A stretch of 64,000 nt of DNA from positions 5,409 to 69,408 of the forward strand of contig NZ_JAUXNA010000103.1 in NCBI RefSeq assembly GCF_030682935.1, read 5' to 3'. The stretch is from Polaromonas sp. (GTDB lineage: Bacteria; Pseudomonadota; Gammaproteobacteria; Burkholderiales; Burkholderiaceae_C). The position numbers and the translations under genes are program-made. Below, in pieces: positions 27,463 to 37,780 of the stretch (position 1 is its first letter; every line of letters starts with the position of its first letter). A model generated the notes under the pieces. It made no database searches. It had not been told where the DNA came from and was given only the letters and a program-made list of their open reading frames with translations.

Positions 27463-29426
27463 GCTGCAACCACTTTGACATGGTCCGCACCCACACTGGC
27501 GGGCCGCCTCTTGCGATAGCGCCGGTCCAGTGCGGCCATGGCACCACCCAGGGCCATCAACAGGCTGCCGCCCCAGATCCAGGCGACAAAGGGTTTGTGG
27601 TACACCCGCATCGCCCAGGCCGGGTTGGGGCCGTCTTCGAGCCGCTCTCCCAAAGCGACGTAAATGTCGCGCATCCAGTTGGTGTCAATTGCAGCTTCCG
27701 TCATGGGCATGGCGGATGAAAAGTAGGTTCTCTTCTCGGGGCGCAGAATCTTCAGTACCCGGCCATCGCGGCTGACCTCCACGGCGCCGACGTCAGCCAC
27801 GTAATTCGGACCCGGCACCTCACGAATATCGGTCAGGCGAAAGATGTAGCCACCCACTGACACGGTGTCACCCAACGCCATGCGCACGTCTTTTTCGGTC
27901 TCGTAACCCTTGACCATGGTGATGCCCACCACACAGACGGCAATGCCGATGTGGGCCACGTGCATGCCCCAGAACGACACCGGCGTGGATTTCCAGTTGA
28001 CCGTGTCCTTGAACTGCCGGTAGATCTGCAGCGCCGATGACAGCGCGATCCACAGCGCCAGGCTCAGCCCCAGTGCCGCCAGCGCCGACCAGGGGCCGGC
28101 CAGTAGCGGCAAGCTGCACCCCAGCAGCACCGACACAATAGCCACGACACGCAGCTTTTTCACCAGTTCGGCCATGCTGTCGTTCTTCCAGCGGGCGAAG
28201 GAGCCGATCACCATGAACAGCAGCACCGGCACCATGAGGGGAACAAACACGGCATTGAAGTAGGGCGGCCCCACCGACAGCTTGCCCAGGTTGAGCGCAT
28301 CCACGATCAGCGGATACAGGGTGCCCAGCAGTACCGTGGCAGCGGCGGTGGCGAGCAGCACGTTGTTGACCAGTAGAAAAGTCTCGCGCGACACCAGCGC
28401 AAACGCACCGCCTGAGCGCACCTTGCTGGCGCGCAGGGCAAACAGCGTCAGCGAGCCGCCCACCACGACGACCAGGAACAGCAGGATGAACACGCCGCGC
28501 TTGGGGTCTACCGCAAAAGCATGCACCGAGGTCAACACCCCGGAGCGCACCAGGAAGGTCCCCAGCAGGCTCAGAGAAAACGCGGTGATCGCCAGCACGA
28601 TGGTCCAGTTTCTGAACAGCCCGCGCTTTTCCGTGACGGCGAGTGAGTGGATCAGCGCGGTGCCCACCAGCCACGGCAGGAAGGAAGCATTTTCCACCGG
28701 GTCCCAGAACCACCAGCCACCCCAGCCCAGCTCGTAGTAGGCCCACCACGATCCCAAAGCGATGCCCAGCGTCAGAAAAATCCACGCGGCAGTGGCCCAG
28801 GGCCGCGACCAGCGCGCCCAAGCCGCGTCGAGCCGGCCATTGAGCAAGGCTGCGATGGCGAAAGCGAAAGGGACAGCCAAACCGACATAGCCCATGTACA
28901 GCAGGGGCGGGTGAAACACCAGGCCCGGGTCCTGCAGCAGCGGGTTCAGGTCCTGGCCATCGGCGGGAATGTCGCTCAGGCGCAGAAACGGGTTGGACGT
29001 GAGCAACATGAAAAGCAGGAAACCCACCGCGACCAGGCCCAGAACGCCCAGTACACGGGACACCATGGCGTCGGGCAACTGACGGGAAAAAATGGATACC
29101 GCCAGCATCCAGGAAGTCAGCATGAAATGCCACAGCAGCAAGGAGCCCTCGTGCCCGCCCCAGACCCCGGCAATGCGGTACAGCCCCGGCAGTTTGGAGT
29201 TGGAGTGATTCGCCACATACGACACCGAGAAGTCATTCGTATAAAAGGCATAGGTGAGGCAGGCAAACGAGAGCGCCGTCAGCAACCACAGCGCCTGCGC
29301 GCCGGGCCGTGCCAGCGCCATCCAGTCGCCGCGCCCCTGCTGCCCCCCCATAACGCCCAACACCCCCAAGGCCAGCGCCACAAACAGCGAGAGGATGAGC
29401 GAGAAATGACCAATTTCGGGAATCAT
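27459..29426 (-). CDS. ccmF: Heme lyase CcmF
   Basis: WGGHEGS, LNPLLQ, HPP, WAYYELGWGGWWFWDPVEN, SVHAF. Confidence 0.96.
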   Translation of the reverse strand: MIPEIGHFSLILSLFVALALGVLGVMGGQQGRGDWMALARPGAQALWLLTALSFACLTYAFYTNDFSVSYVANHSNSKLPGLYRIAGVWGGHEGSLLLWHFMLTSWMLAVSIFSRQLPDAMVSRVLGVLGLVAVGFLLFMLLTSNPFLRLSDIPADGQDLNPLLQDPGLVFHPPLLYMGYVGLAVPFAFAIAALLNGRLDAAWARWSRPWATAAWIFLTLGIALGSWWAYYELGWGGWWFWDPVENASFLPWLVGTALIHSLAVTEKRGLFRNWTIVLAITAFSLSLLGTFLVRSGVLTSVHAFAVDPKRGVFILLFLVVVVGGSLTLFALRASKVRSGGAFALVSRETFLLVNNVLLATAAATVLLGTLYPLIVDALNLGKLSVGPPYFNAVFVPLMVPVLLFMVIGSFARWKNDSMAELVKKLRVVAIVSVLLGCSLPLLAGPWSALAALGLSLALWIALSSALQIYRQFKDTVNWKSTPVSFWGMHVAHIGIAVCVVGITMVKGYETEKDVRMALGDTVSVGGYIFRLTDIREVPGPNYVADVGAVEVSRDGRVLKILRPEKRTYFSSAMPMTEAAIDTNWMRDIYVALGERLEDGPNPAWAMRVYHKPFVAWIWGGSLLMALGGAMAALDRRYRKRRPASVGADHVKVVAA

Positions 29427-29436
29427 GCGGCGTATC

Positions 29437-29874
29437 TCACTTTAGCGTTTTGATGGTTTTCTGGGCTTGATCTACCGCATGCTGGGCCTCGGGCGGCATG
29501 TAGTTCTCATCGTGCTTGGCCAGCACCTCGGAGGCGGTGAATTTGCCGTCGGCGCCCAGCTTGCCCTGAGTTACCACACCCTTGCCCTCGCGAAACAGAT
29601 CCGGCAGGATGCCGGTATAGGACACACTCACTTCCTTGGCGGTATCGGTTACCACGAAGGCCACTGTCAGGTTGTCACGCTTGACCGAACCTTCCTTGAC
29701 CATGCCGCCAATGCGAAAGGGCCGATCCTTGGGCGCTTCACCCGAAGCCACCTGGCTGGGGGTGAAGAAAAAGACCAGATTGCTTTCAAAAGCGTTGAGT
29801 ACGAAGTAAGCAGCCAGGCCCAAAGCAGCCAAGCCGCCCGCGATGATGGCGGCGCGTTGATGACGGGGTTTCAT
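29437..29874 (-). CDS. ccmE: Heme chaperone CcmE
   Basis: [20 protein letters not shown]. Confidence 0.95.
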   Translation of the reverse strand: MKPRHQRAAIIAGGLAALGLAAYFVLNAFESNLVFFFTPSQVASGEAPKDRPFRIGGMVKEGSVKRDNLTVAFVVTDTAKEVSVSYTGILPDLFREGKGVVTQGKLGADGKFTASEVLAKHDENYMPPEAQHAVDQAQKTIKTLK

Positions 29875-30050
29875 GATGAGTTACTTTCTGACCGGAGTTC
29901 GCTGCGAAGGTTCCGCAGGATTTGATTGCGTTGCTGGCGAACCAGCAGTATTTCGGCCACCAGTACTGCTGCCGTCAGCCCGAAGCTGCCCCAGACATAG
30001 AAGGCGTAGCCGCCCATCGACAAAAATTCTGAAACGCTATTCCACTGCAT
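29871..30050 (-). CDS. ccmD: Heme exporter protein CcmD
   Basis: [16 protein letters not shown], single TM, basic tail; lies between ccmC and ccmE. Confidence 0.9.
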   Translation of the reverse strand: MQWNSVSEFLSMGGYAFYVWGSFGLTAAVLVAEILLVRQQRNQILRNLRSELRSESNSS

Positions 30051-30777
30051 GTTGGACCCACTCCGTATGACGCTCGCGTTCGAGAATGATGTTGCGCACC
30101 CGCACCAGCGCCATCGCAATGGCGTACATCCAGAAGGCTGCAACCATGATCAACATGCCCCACAACATGGGGGCGGCCATGGCCGGGGCGCGGGTCAGGG
30201 ACACCGAGGCCCCCTGGTGCAGGGTGTTCCACCAATTGACCGAGAAGTAGATGATGGGCACGTTCACCACGCCCACCAGTGCGAGCACGGCACAGGCCTT
30301 GTCGGCGCGGCGCGGGTCGTCGATGGACGATTGCAGGGCCAGGAAGCCGAGGTACAGAAACAGCAGGATCAAGGTGGACGTCAGCCGCGCATCCCACACC
30401 CACCAGGCGCCCCACATCGGCTTGCCCCACAGCGCCCCGGTCATCAGCGACAAGAAGGCGAACAGGGCGCCGGTGGGCGCCAGGGCCGAGGCCATCATGC
30501 CCGACAGCCGTGTGTTGAAAGCCAGACCAAACCCGGCCCAGCCGGCCATGACCAGATAAATGAACATGGCCATCTGCGACGCCGGCACGTGCACAAAGAT
30601 GATGCGGTAGCCCTCGCCCTGCTGGGCGTCGGTGGGGGCCACAAAGAACGATATCCATAAACCCACCGCAGTCAGCACCGCCGCCAGGGCGGCAAACCAG
30701 GGCCACATGCGTCCAGCCAGGAAATAGAATTTCTGCGGGGAGGCGAACTTGAACCAGTGAATCACGCGTCTGTTCAT
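30037..30777 (-). CDS. ccmC: Heme ABC transporter permease CcmC
   Basis: RIIFVHVP, WGKPMWGAWWVWDARLT, WWNTLHQ. Confidence 0.95.
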   Translation of the reverse strand: MNRRVIHWFKFASPQKFYFLAGRMWPWFAALAAVLTAVGLWISFFVAPTDAQQGEGYRIIFVHVPASQMAMFIYLVMAGWAGFGLAFNTRLSGMMASALAPTGALFAFLSLMTGALWGKPMWGAWWVWDARLTSTLILLFLYLGFLALQSSIDDPRRADKACAVLALVGVVNVPIIYFSVNWWNTLHQGASVSLTRAPAMAAPMLWGMLIMVAAFWMYAIAMALVRVRNIILERERHTEWVQHAVE

Positions 30778-31457
30778 TCCAGGGAAATCCTCAAGGCGGC
30801 CGTTGTGGCCAAAGGTGCGAAAAAAGCCGAGAGCACCAACAATGCCGCCAGCAGCGACAGGTGGCCGCTGGCGCCCAGGCCAGCCGCATCGGCTTGCACC
30901 GCACCAGTGCCAAATATCAGCACTGGAATATACAGTGGCAAGATTAACAGCGAGAGCAAAACCCCGGCCCCGCGTACGCCCAGGGTCAGGGCCGCCCCGA
31001 TGCTGCCAATCAAGCTCAGGGTGGGTGTGCCCAGCAACAAGGACAGCATCAAAATGCCTAGCGCCCGGGCATCGAGTCCGAACTGCAAACCCAGAACGGG
31101 AGCCATCAGCACCAGCGGCAGGCCCGAGAGAAGAAAGTGCGCCAAGGCCTTGGCCGCCACCAGCAAGCCCAGCGGCGTGGTGGACAGCGCCATCTGCTCC
31201 AGCGAGCCATCGGCGTAATCCGTGGCAAACATGCGTTGCAGGGAGAGCATGGCCGCGAGCAGGGCACTGACCCACAGAACCCCCGGCGCCATGCGCAGCA
31301 ACAGCGCGGACTCCGGCCCAACCCCCAGCGGAAACAGGCTGGCGATGACGACAAAAAACACCAGCGGCGTCAACACCTCGCCCTTTTGCCGCAGCGCCAG
31401 GGAGACCTCCCGCCGCAGCACCGCCAGCATGACGCTCGCAAGTCCCAGCTTCTTCAT
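30774..31457 (-). CDS. ccmB: Heme exporter protein CcmB
   Basis: LFPLGVGP, DYADGSLEQ, LLILPLYIPVLIFG. Confidence 0.94.
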   Translation of the reverse strand: MKKLGLASVMLAVLRREVSLALRQKGEVLTPLVFFVVIASLFPLGVGPESALLLRMAPGVLWVSALLAAMLSLQRMFATDYADGSLEQMALSTTPLGLLVAAKALAHFLLSGLPLVLMAPVLGLQFGLDARALGILMLSLLLGTPTLSLIGSIGAALTLGVRGAGVLLSLLILPLYIPVLIFGTGAVQADAAGLGASGHLSLLAALLVLSAFFAPLATTAALRISLE

Positions 31458-32086
31458 GCGCGCAACTCCAGCAGTTGAGCGGGCACGGAACCGATGTCCA
31501 CATGCTGATGACTGGTCAGTACCGCCAGCCCCCCCTTGGCCAGGTGCGCCGCTATCAAGTCGGCCAGCAGGCGCACCCCGGCTTCATCCATGGCCACAAA
31601 GGGCTCGTCCAGCACCCACAGCCGGGCCTGGCTCAAAGCGAGTCGGGACAGGGCGACGCGACGTTTTTGCCCCTGCGACAGATGCCGTACCAACTGTTGG
31701 CCACGGCCTGCCAAGCCGAAGTGTGCCAGCACCTCCTGCGTTTGCGTGGCATCGGGCGCTGTGCCCGTCAGCGCGGCGGCGAACACAAGGTTTTCGTTGA
31801 CGGTCATGGATTCCTGGAGGGCATTGAGGTGGCCCAGGTAGCACAGGTCCTGACGATAGGCGTGGTGCTGATCATGAATCGGCGTGCCGCTCCAGCAGAT
31901 GTCGCCGGATTCGATCGGGGCCAGCCCGCACACCATGCGCAGCAGACTGGTCTTGCCCGCGCCGTTGGCACCAGTCACATACAGCCAGCACCCGGATTCC
32001 AGAACGCAGTCAATGCCCTGAAAGAGCTGCCTGCCGCCCCGGCTGCAGCCAAGCTTGGAAAAGGACAATGTCGGCGCGGTTTTCAA
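31454..32086 (-). CDS. ccmA: Heme ABC exporter ATP-binding protein CcmA
   Basis: Walker A GANGAGKT, LSQGQKRR, WVLDEPF, TSHQ. Confidence 0.94.
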   Translation of the reverse strand: MKTAPTLSFSKLGCSRGGRQLFQGIDCVLESGCWLYVTGANGAGKTSLLRMVCGLAPIESGDICWSGTPIHDQHHAYRQDLCYLGHLNALQESMTVNENLVFAAALTGTAPDATQTQEVLAHFGLAGRGQQLVRHLSQGQKRRVALSRLALSQARLWVLDEPFVAMDEAGVRLLADLIAAHLAKGGLAVLTSHQHVDIGSVPAQLLELRA

Positions 32087-32289
32087 TTCGTGGTTTCACA
32101 AACGCAGGGACGCCCATCTTACGGCATGAACCCCTCCCGGTTCGCGGATCGGCTCTGACGAATTCGCCTGTTTCCCCTCGCGCGGCCTCTCTTTCTTTGC
32201 CCAGCGGGATCAACCCGTGGTGCCCGGATAAAAGCCTCTGTGCGCCAGTGTCCGTATTTCGCAGCGTTCCCTGTAATGTTGTCTATTTA

Positions 32290-32303
32290 TTGATCCAACT
32301 TAA
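32290..32303. promoter_or_regulatory. FNR/DNR-type box between divergent ccmA and nirS
   Basis: TTGAT-CCAA-CTTAA. Confidence 0.7.
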
Positions 32304-32424
32304 AGACGATGCCTCGGACCCCGGCAGACAATGAAACGCTCGAGCCGAATAATTGCAGCCTTCGACGAGCCCTGATCTCCACCGATGTGGTGGGTTGGCT
32401 GCGAGGTATACCGGAGTAAACAAT

Positions 32425-34110
32425 ATGAATGTCTCACGTCTTTCAAGCGTTGCAGCAATGGTGCTGGCAACCTTTGCGATTTCCGCGGCGGCGCAGAACA
32501 AGAATCCCGAAGCCCCGCCCATGACCACAGGGGAGAAGGAAATCGCCAAAAAGATTTACTTTGAGCGGTGCGCTGGCTGTCATGGTGTGTTGCGCAAAGG
32601 CGCCACCGGCAAGAATCTTGAGCCCCATTGGAGCAAGACGGACAAGGACGACAACAAGACCGAGGGCGGCATGCTCAGTCTGGGGCAATCCCGTATCGAG
32701 AAGATCATTGGCTATGGCACGGACGGCGGGATGGTCAACTTCGACGACATCCTGACCAGGGACGAGCTCTCCCTGATGGCGAAGTACATCCAGCACACGC
32801 CGGATGTGCCACCCGAGTACAGTTTCAAGGACACGATGGATTCGTGGAAGGTGATCGTGGCGGTCAAGGACAGGCCGACCCGGCAGATGAACAAATTCAA
32901 CCTGAAGAACTTTTTCTCGGTCACCCTGCGTGATACCGGCGAAGTGGCGCTGATCGATGGCGACACCAAAGAAATTCGCAGCATCGTCAAGACCGGTTAC
33001 GCGGTGCATATCTCGCGCATGTCGAAGTCCGGCCGCTATGTCTATGTGATCGGTCGCGATGGGCGCCTGTCGCTGATCGACCTGTGGATGGAGAAACCGG
33101 GTGTTGTTGCAGAAGTCAAGATCGGCTTTGACGCCCGTTCGGTGGATACCTCGAAGTTCAAGGGGTTTGAGGACACGTACGCCATCGCCGGTTCCTACTG
33201 GCCGCCTCAGTATGTGATCATGGACGGTGACACGCTGAAGCCGCGCAAGGTGGTCAGCACGCGTGGCATGACTGTTGACGGCGAGTACCATCCGGAGCCG
33301 CGGGTGGCCTCGATTGTGGCGTCCGAGATCAAGCCAGAATGGGTGGTGAACATCAAGGAGACTGGCCAGATTCTGCTGGTGGATTACTCTGACATCGAGA
33401 ATTTGAAGACCACCACCATTGGTTCGGCAAAATTCCTGCATGATGGCGGGTTTGATGCTTCCAAGCGCTACTTCCTGGTCGCAGCCAATGCATCCAACAA
33501 GATCGCGGCGGTGGACCTCAAGACCGGCAAGCTGGCCGCTTTGGTTGATACGGCGAAGATTCCACATCCGGGTCGTGGCGCGAACTTCGTGCATCCGCAG
33601 TTTGGTCCGGTCTGGGCGACCGGTCATTTGGGGGCCGATGTTGTCACCTTGATCAGCACGCCGTCCGAAGAGGCGAAATACGCCAAATACAAAGCGTTCA
33701 ACTGGAAGGTCGTGCAGGAAGTCAAGCACGTGCCAGGCAACCTGTTCGTCAAGACGCATCCAACGTCGAAGCATCTCTGGGCCGATTCGGCGCAAAATTC
33801 GGACAAGGAGCTGGCTGAATCCGTCTCTGTCTGGAACCTGTCGGACCTGTCCAAGCCCGTCAGGACGATCAACGTGTTCAAGGACTCCGGTCTGCCCGCA
33901 ACAAAGGCGACGCGTCGTGCGGTTCATCCCGAGTACAGCGCGGACGGTACAGAAGTGTGGATTTCCTTGTGGGGCGGCAAGACTGACCAGTCCGCCATCG
34001 TGGTGTACGACGACAAGACCCTCGCGGTGAAAAAGGTGATCACCGATCCGAAGATGATCACGCCAACCGGCAAGTTCAACGTGTACAACACGCAGCATGA
34101 CATTTATTGA
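32425..34110 (+). CDS. nirS: Cytochrome cd1 nitrite reductase
   Basis: Signal peptide, YFERCAGCHGVLRKGATG, GYAVHISR, YHPEPRVASI, FLHDGG, PHPGRG, TPTGKFNVYNT. Confidence 0.97.
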   Translation: MNVSRLSSVAAMVLATFAISAAAQNKNPEAPPMTTGEKEIAKKIYFERCAGCHGVLRKGATGKNLEPHWSKTDKDDNKTEGGMLSLGQSRIEKIIGYGTDGGMVNFDDILTRDELSLMAKYIQHTPDVPPEYSFKDTMDSWKVIVAVKDRPTRQMNKFNLKNFFSVTLRDTGEVALIDGDTKEIRSIVKTGYAVHISRMSKSGRYVYVIGRDGRLSLIDLWMEKPGVVAEVKIGFDARSVDTSKFKGFEDTYAIAGSYWPPQYVIMDGDTLKPRKVVSTRGMTVDGEYHPEPRVASIVASEIKPEWVVNIKETGQILLVDYSDIENLKTTTIGSAKFLHDGGFDASKRYFLVAANASNKIAAVDLKTGKLAALVDTAKIPHPGRGANFVHPQFGPVWATGHLGADVVTLISTPSEEAKYAKYKAFNWKVVQEVKHVPGNLFVKTHPTSKHLWADSAQNSDKELAESVSVWNLSDLSKPVRTINVFKDSGLPATKATRRAVHPEYSADGTEVWISLWGGKTDQSAIVVYDDKTLAVKKVITDPKMITPTGKFNVYNTQHDIY

Positions 34111-34129
34111 TCGGTCGTGTTGAACTGAA

Positions 34130-34169
34130 GCAAGGATAGAGAGGTGCAAGCCCCTCCTCTATCTTTTGC
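34130..34169 (+). terminator. Stem-loop after nirS (terminator or mRNA stability element)
   Basis: gcaaggatagagagg ... cctcctctatcttttgc imperfect inverted repeat with a short U tract. Confidence 0.55.
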
Positions 34170-34208
34170 CTCTCTAATGAGTCTTGCAATAAAGTCGGGA
34201 GAGTTTTG

Positions 34209-34793
34209 ATGACAGGAAAGATGGCTCGTTGGTTGGCAACCTTGAAAAAGCCGAGTGCAAAATATTCGCTGATTGCCTTGCTGGCGGTGGGGTTTTTCTC
34301 CGGCGTCATTTTCTGGGGTGGCTTTCACACCGTGGTGGAGGCGACCAACACAGAGGCGTTCTGCATCGGCTGCCACGAAATGCGGGACAACGTCTACGCG
34401 GAATACAAGAAGACCATCCACTACAGCAACCGCACCGGGGTGCGCGCCGTGTGCTCTGACTGCCACGTGCCCAGGGAATGGGGGCCGAAGATGCTGCGCA
34501 AGATCCAGGCGTCGCGCGAAGTCTATGGCAAGGTCACCGGCAGCATCGACACGCGCGAGAAGTTCGAGGCCAAGCGCCTGATTCTGGCCGAGCGCGAATG
34601 GAGGCGCATGAAAGCCAACGACTCGCTCGAGTGCCGCAACTGTCACAGTTTTGACGGGATGGATACCGAAAAGCAAAAACTGCGTGGCGCCAAGATGCAC
34701 AAGATCGGTCGAGAGGAAAAGCAGACCTGCATTGATTGCCACAAGGGCATTGCGCATACGAAACCAACAGGCATGAAGGAAGACGAAGAGTAA
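34209..34793 (+). CDS. nirT: NapC/NirT tetraheme cytochrome c
   Basis: N-terminal TM; CIGCH, CSDCH, CRNCH, CIDCH. Confidence 0.92.
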   Translation: MTGKMARWLATLKKPSAKYSLIALLAVGFFSGVIFWGGFHTVVEATNTEAFCIGCHEMRDNVYAEYKKTIHYSNRTGVRAVCSDCHVPREWGPKMLRKIQASREVYGKVTGSIDTREKFEAKRLILAEREWRRMKANDSLECRNCHSFDGMDTEKQKLRGAKMHKIGREEKQTCIDCHKGIAHTKPTGMKEDEE

Positions 34794-34858
34794 TCGGCTC
34801 TTGCCTGCTGCTCTCTCGAAATCGATCATCTTTAGAAAGTCAGAAAGGATTCTTCAAA

Positions 34859-35686
34859 ATGAAAAAGACAACTGTTTCCACGCTTGTGCTGGGTACGCTG
34901 CTGACTGTGAGCTCCCAGTTCGCCTTTGCCGCCCCCGATTGGGGGAAAGTGCCCAAACGCGACATCAATGTGTTCCATGCCGGGGTAACGCCCATCGAGT
35001 GGGTCGGCAAGAAATCGGATCACAGTGGCACGGCTGGCATGAAGAAGGGCGAATCCTGCGTGGGCTGTCATGAGGAAAAAGACACTTTGAACTTCAATGT
35101 CAAGCGTCTGGCCGATAAGGAGCTGGAGCCCAAGGCTGCGCCAAAAACGATTCTTTACCCTGTTGCTATTCAGGCCGCCTACGATGCCAGCAATCTCTAC
35201 ATCCGTTTGACATTCAAGGCGCCTGCGGGTGGCGCTGACAAGGGCGACAAGGAAAATGAAGTCAAGGCTTCAGTCTTGTTCCCGGATTCCAAGGTGCCTC
35301 AGGCCGCGCAAGTCGGTTGCTGGGCAGCATGTCACCTGGATGTTAGAACCATGCCCGGTGCCGATGACAAGAAAACCAAGTACACCAAGGAAGGGAGCTA
35401 CGAGTTGATGCAATGGAAAAGCGCCAAGGGCGCGAAGGCGGTCGACGGCACAGTGGCCAGTGAACGCAAGATGGACGGGGGCGCACTGGGCGTCAAGGCT
35501 GAAGGCGCCAAGGCTGGCGATACCTACACGGTCACGTTCACCCGCAAGAGCCCAGGCGAAGGCAAGACGGTTCCTTTCGGTATTGCAATCCACGGTGATC
35601 ATGCCAGCGGACGATTCCATCATGTGTCTCTAGGCTATACCTTGGGCCTGGGCGCCAATGGTGATGTGAAGGCCGTCAAACAATAA
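34859..35686 (+). CDS. nirB: Periplasmic diheme cytochrome c552 (NirB of nirSTB clusters)
   Basis: Signal peptide, AAPDW, CVGCH and CWAACH, RFHHVSLGY; follows nirT. Confidence 0.8.
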   Translation: MKKTTVSTLVLGTLLTVSSQFAFAAPDWGKVPKRDINVFHAGVTPIEWVGKKSDHSGTAGMKKGESCVGCHEEKDTLNFNVKRLADKELEPKAAPKTILYPVAIQAAYDASNLYIRLTFKAPAGGADKGDKENEVKASVLFPDSKVPQAAQVGCWAACHLDVRTMPGADDKKTKYTKEGSYELMQWKSAKGAKAVDGTVASERKMDGGALGVKAEGAKAGDTYTVTFTRKSPGEGKTVPFGIAIHGDHASGRFHHVSLGYTLGLGANGDVKAVKQ

Positions 35687-35882
35687 TACTTCCCGATTCT
35701 GGAGTTCCTGGCGTCATCACCGGACTCTCAGGTCGATCAGCGTATCAACTGGTGAACGGGTGGTGAGTGACTCAGGACTCGCCGTGGGGTGAGTTTGTGC
35801 CCGTGGCTGGCGAAACAACCCCATCGAGCCGCGTATTTTGAGTGCAGTTGCGGCGCTGGACTGACCGAGAAAGAGACTATCC

Positions 35883-36665
35883 GTGAAACTGAAACGCAGA
35901 ATTTTTGTTGCCTGGGCGGCATCATCCGTCCTGCTATCGCAGGCGCAGGTAGGCGACCTGAGCGACGCCATCAACAAGGCCGGACGCCAGCGCATGCTGT
36001 CGCAACGCATGGCCAAATCCTATCTATGCCTGGGGCAGCAGGTGCAGGTGGCAGCCGCCGCCAAGGCGCTGGACCAGTCCATGGCCCTGTTTGACCGGCA
36101 ACTGGTGGAACTCAAGGCTTTTGCCCCCGCAGGCGCCGTGCGCGACACCTACCTCCAGCTTGAATCGGAGTGGTCGGCCTACAAAGCCCTGCTCGTCGGC
36201 GCCGCACCCTCCGTGCCCAATGCGCGCAAGCTGCTGGCGCAGGACAGCAAAGTGCTGGAGCTGGCGAACAAGGGCACGGGGCAACTGGAGCAACTCTCGG
36301 GCAAACCCGCGGGCAAGCTGGTGAATGTGGCCGGGCGTCAACGCATGCTGTCCCAGCGCATGGGCAAGTACTACCTGGCCACGGCTTGGAGCATCGACCC
36401 CGTCGCCTCAGGGGCGGAACTGGGCAAGGCACGCGCCGAGTTCGTGAGCGCACTGGAAACACTGCGCAACGCGCCGGAGGCGAGCACAGAAATCAAGCAG
36501 GAATTGACCCTGGCCGATGCGCAGTGGCTGTTTTTTGACAATGCACTGAAAGCGCGACCCAGCGCGGGCGGCTCAGGCGCGAGCGACGTTTTTGTCACCA
36601 GCGAAAATCTGCTGCAGGTCATGGACAAGGTGACGGGCTTGTATGCCCGCGCCAACCGGTCATAG
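35883..36665 (+). CDS. Exported protein made of two PilJ/NarX-type four-helix sensor domains
   Basis: Two P-box-like motifs, AINKAGRQRMLSQR and VNVAGRQRMLSQR; N-terminal KRRIF..AQA signal; no output domain. Confidence 0.82.
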   Translation: MKLKRRIFVAWAASSVLLSQAQVGDLSDAINKAGRQRMLSQRMAKSYLCLGQQVQVAAAAKALDQSMALFDRQLVELKAFAPAGAVRDTYLQLESEWSAYKALLVGAAPSVPNARKLLAQDSKVLELANKGTGQLEQLSGKPAGKLVNVAGRQRMLSQRMGKYYLATAWSIDPVASGAELGKARAEFVSALETLRNAPEASTEIKQELTLADAQWLFFDNALKARPSAGGSGASDVFVTSENLLQVMDKVTGLYARANRS

Positions 36666-36790
36666 GTCGCGCGTTTGCGGCCCGCGTTGCCGTGACGCGT
36701 CGATCATGTGGCGACGGTGGATCGCTCCCTGTCCCGCAACGGTCGAGAACCAACCCCACAGGGAATCGTTTGCTCGAGGCTAATCTGGTG

Positions 36791-37597
36791 TCAGGCCTGG
36801 ATTGATTTTCCAAACCATTGCAGTCGCTGGCTTAACGCCACCACCTGGCCGACGATGATCAGGGAAGGGGATTTCAGGCCCACGGCCTGCACCAGGTCAG
36901 GCAGCGTCAGTAAGGTTCCGGTGATCACTCGTTGCTGATGGGTCGTCCCTTTTTCAATAGTGGCAGCAGGCGTGTTGGCGGGCATGCCGTGCCTGATTAG
37001 CTGCTGGGCAATCTCGCTTAATGCGCCTAAGCCCATATAAATCACGAGCGTCTGGCTCGGCCTTGCGAGAGATTGCCAATCGAGGTCAAGTGAACCGTCC
37101 TTGAGGTGGCCGGTCGTAAACAGGCACGACTGCGCGTAGTCCCGGTGTGTGAGCGGGATGCCTGAGTAGCAGGAAACACCATTGGCTGCGGTGATCCCGG
37201 GGACCACTTCAAACGCAATGCCCTGATCAGCCAGTGTTTCCAGCTCTTCTCCTCCGCGTCCGAAAATGAAAGGGTCCCCTCCTTTTAGTCGAACTACTTT
37301 TTTCCCTGTCTTTGCCAGAGCGACCAGCAACTGATTGATCTCGGTTTGCGGCAGGGTGTGGCGACTTGTTTCCTTGCCAACATAGATCTTCTCGGCACCG
37401 CTGTGAATCAGGTTGATCACTTCATCGCTGACCAGGTTGTCGTAGACAACCACGTTGGCTTGTTTCAATAACCTGGCGGCTTTAAGCGTCAACAAGTCAG
37501 GGTCGCCAGGGCCGGCACCGACCAGGTACACGATGCCTGTTTTCGATTTGTCGCGGTCTGCATTTGATTGCCGTTCTGGCGCCAATAAATTATTCAA
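36791..37597 (-). CDS. nirE: Uroporphyrinogen-III C-methyltransferase (heme d1 pathway)
   Basis: [47 protein letters not shown]; start TTG 37597 after aagga (uncertain). Confidence 0.88.
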   Translation of the reverse strand: MNNLLAPERQSNADRDKSKTGIVYLVGAGPGDPDLLTLKAARLLKQANVVVYDNLVSDEVINLIHSGAEKIYVGKETSRHTLPQTEINQLLVALAKTGKKVVRLKGGDPFIFGRGGEELETLADQGIAFEVVPGITAANGVSCYSGIPLTHRDYAQSCLFTTGHLKDGSLDLDWQSLARPSQTLVIYMGLGALSEIAQQLIRHGMPANTPAATIEKGTTHQQRVITGTLLTLPDLVQAVGLKSPSLIIVGQVVALSQRLQWFGKSIQA

Positions 37598-37766
37598 GGA
37601 TTTTCCTTTTCCAATTTTATAAAACGCTTCACTGTTGAAACACTGTCCGCCCCCGTTGCGGGGCGACATCCCGAATTTTGTTGGCAGGTTCGAGCTGACA
37701 GTCCGTTAAATTATGCGGCTTATTTGATTGGCCGTGGGTTGGATGAGCGCTGCTCGCACCTTTTTC

Positions 37767-37780
37767 TTGAACTGCATCAA
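37767..37780. promoter_or_regulatory. FNR/DNR-type box between divergent nirE and nirC
   Basis: TTGAA-CTGC-ATCAA. Confidence 0.75.

Noticed and set aside
32197-32213. Second FNR box TTGCC...ATCAA near ccmA
   Set aside because: Spacer is 7 nt instead of 4; only a half-site.
32443-34149. Long antisense ORFs (e.g. 32443-34149, 53463-55703, 57599-59491, 18988-20841)
   Set aside because: Shadow frames of strongly GC3-biased real genes, with no independent motifs.
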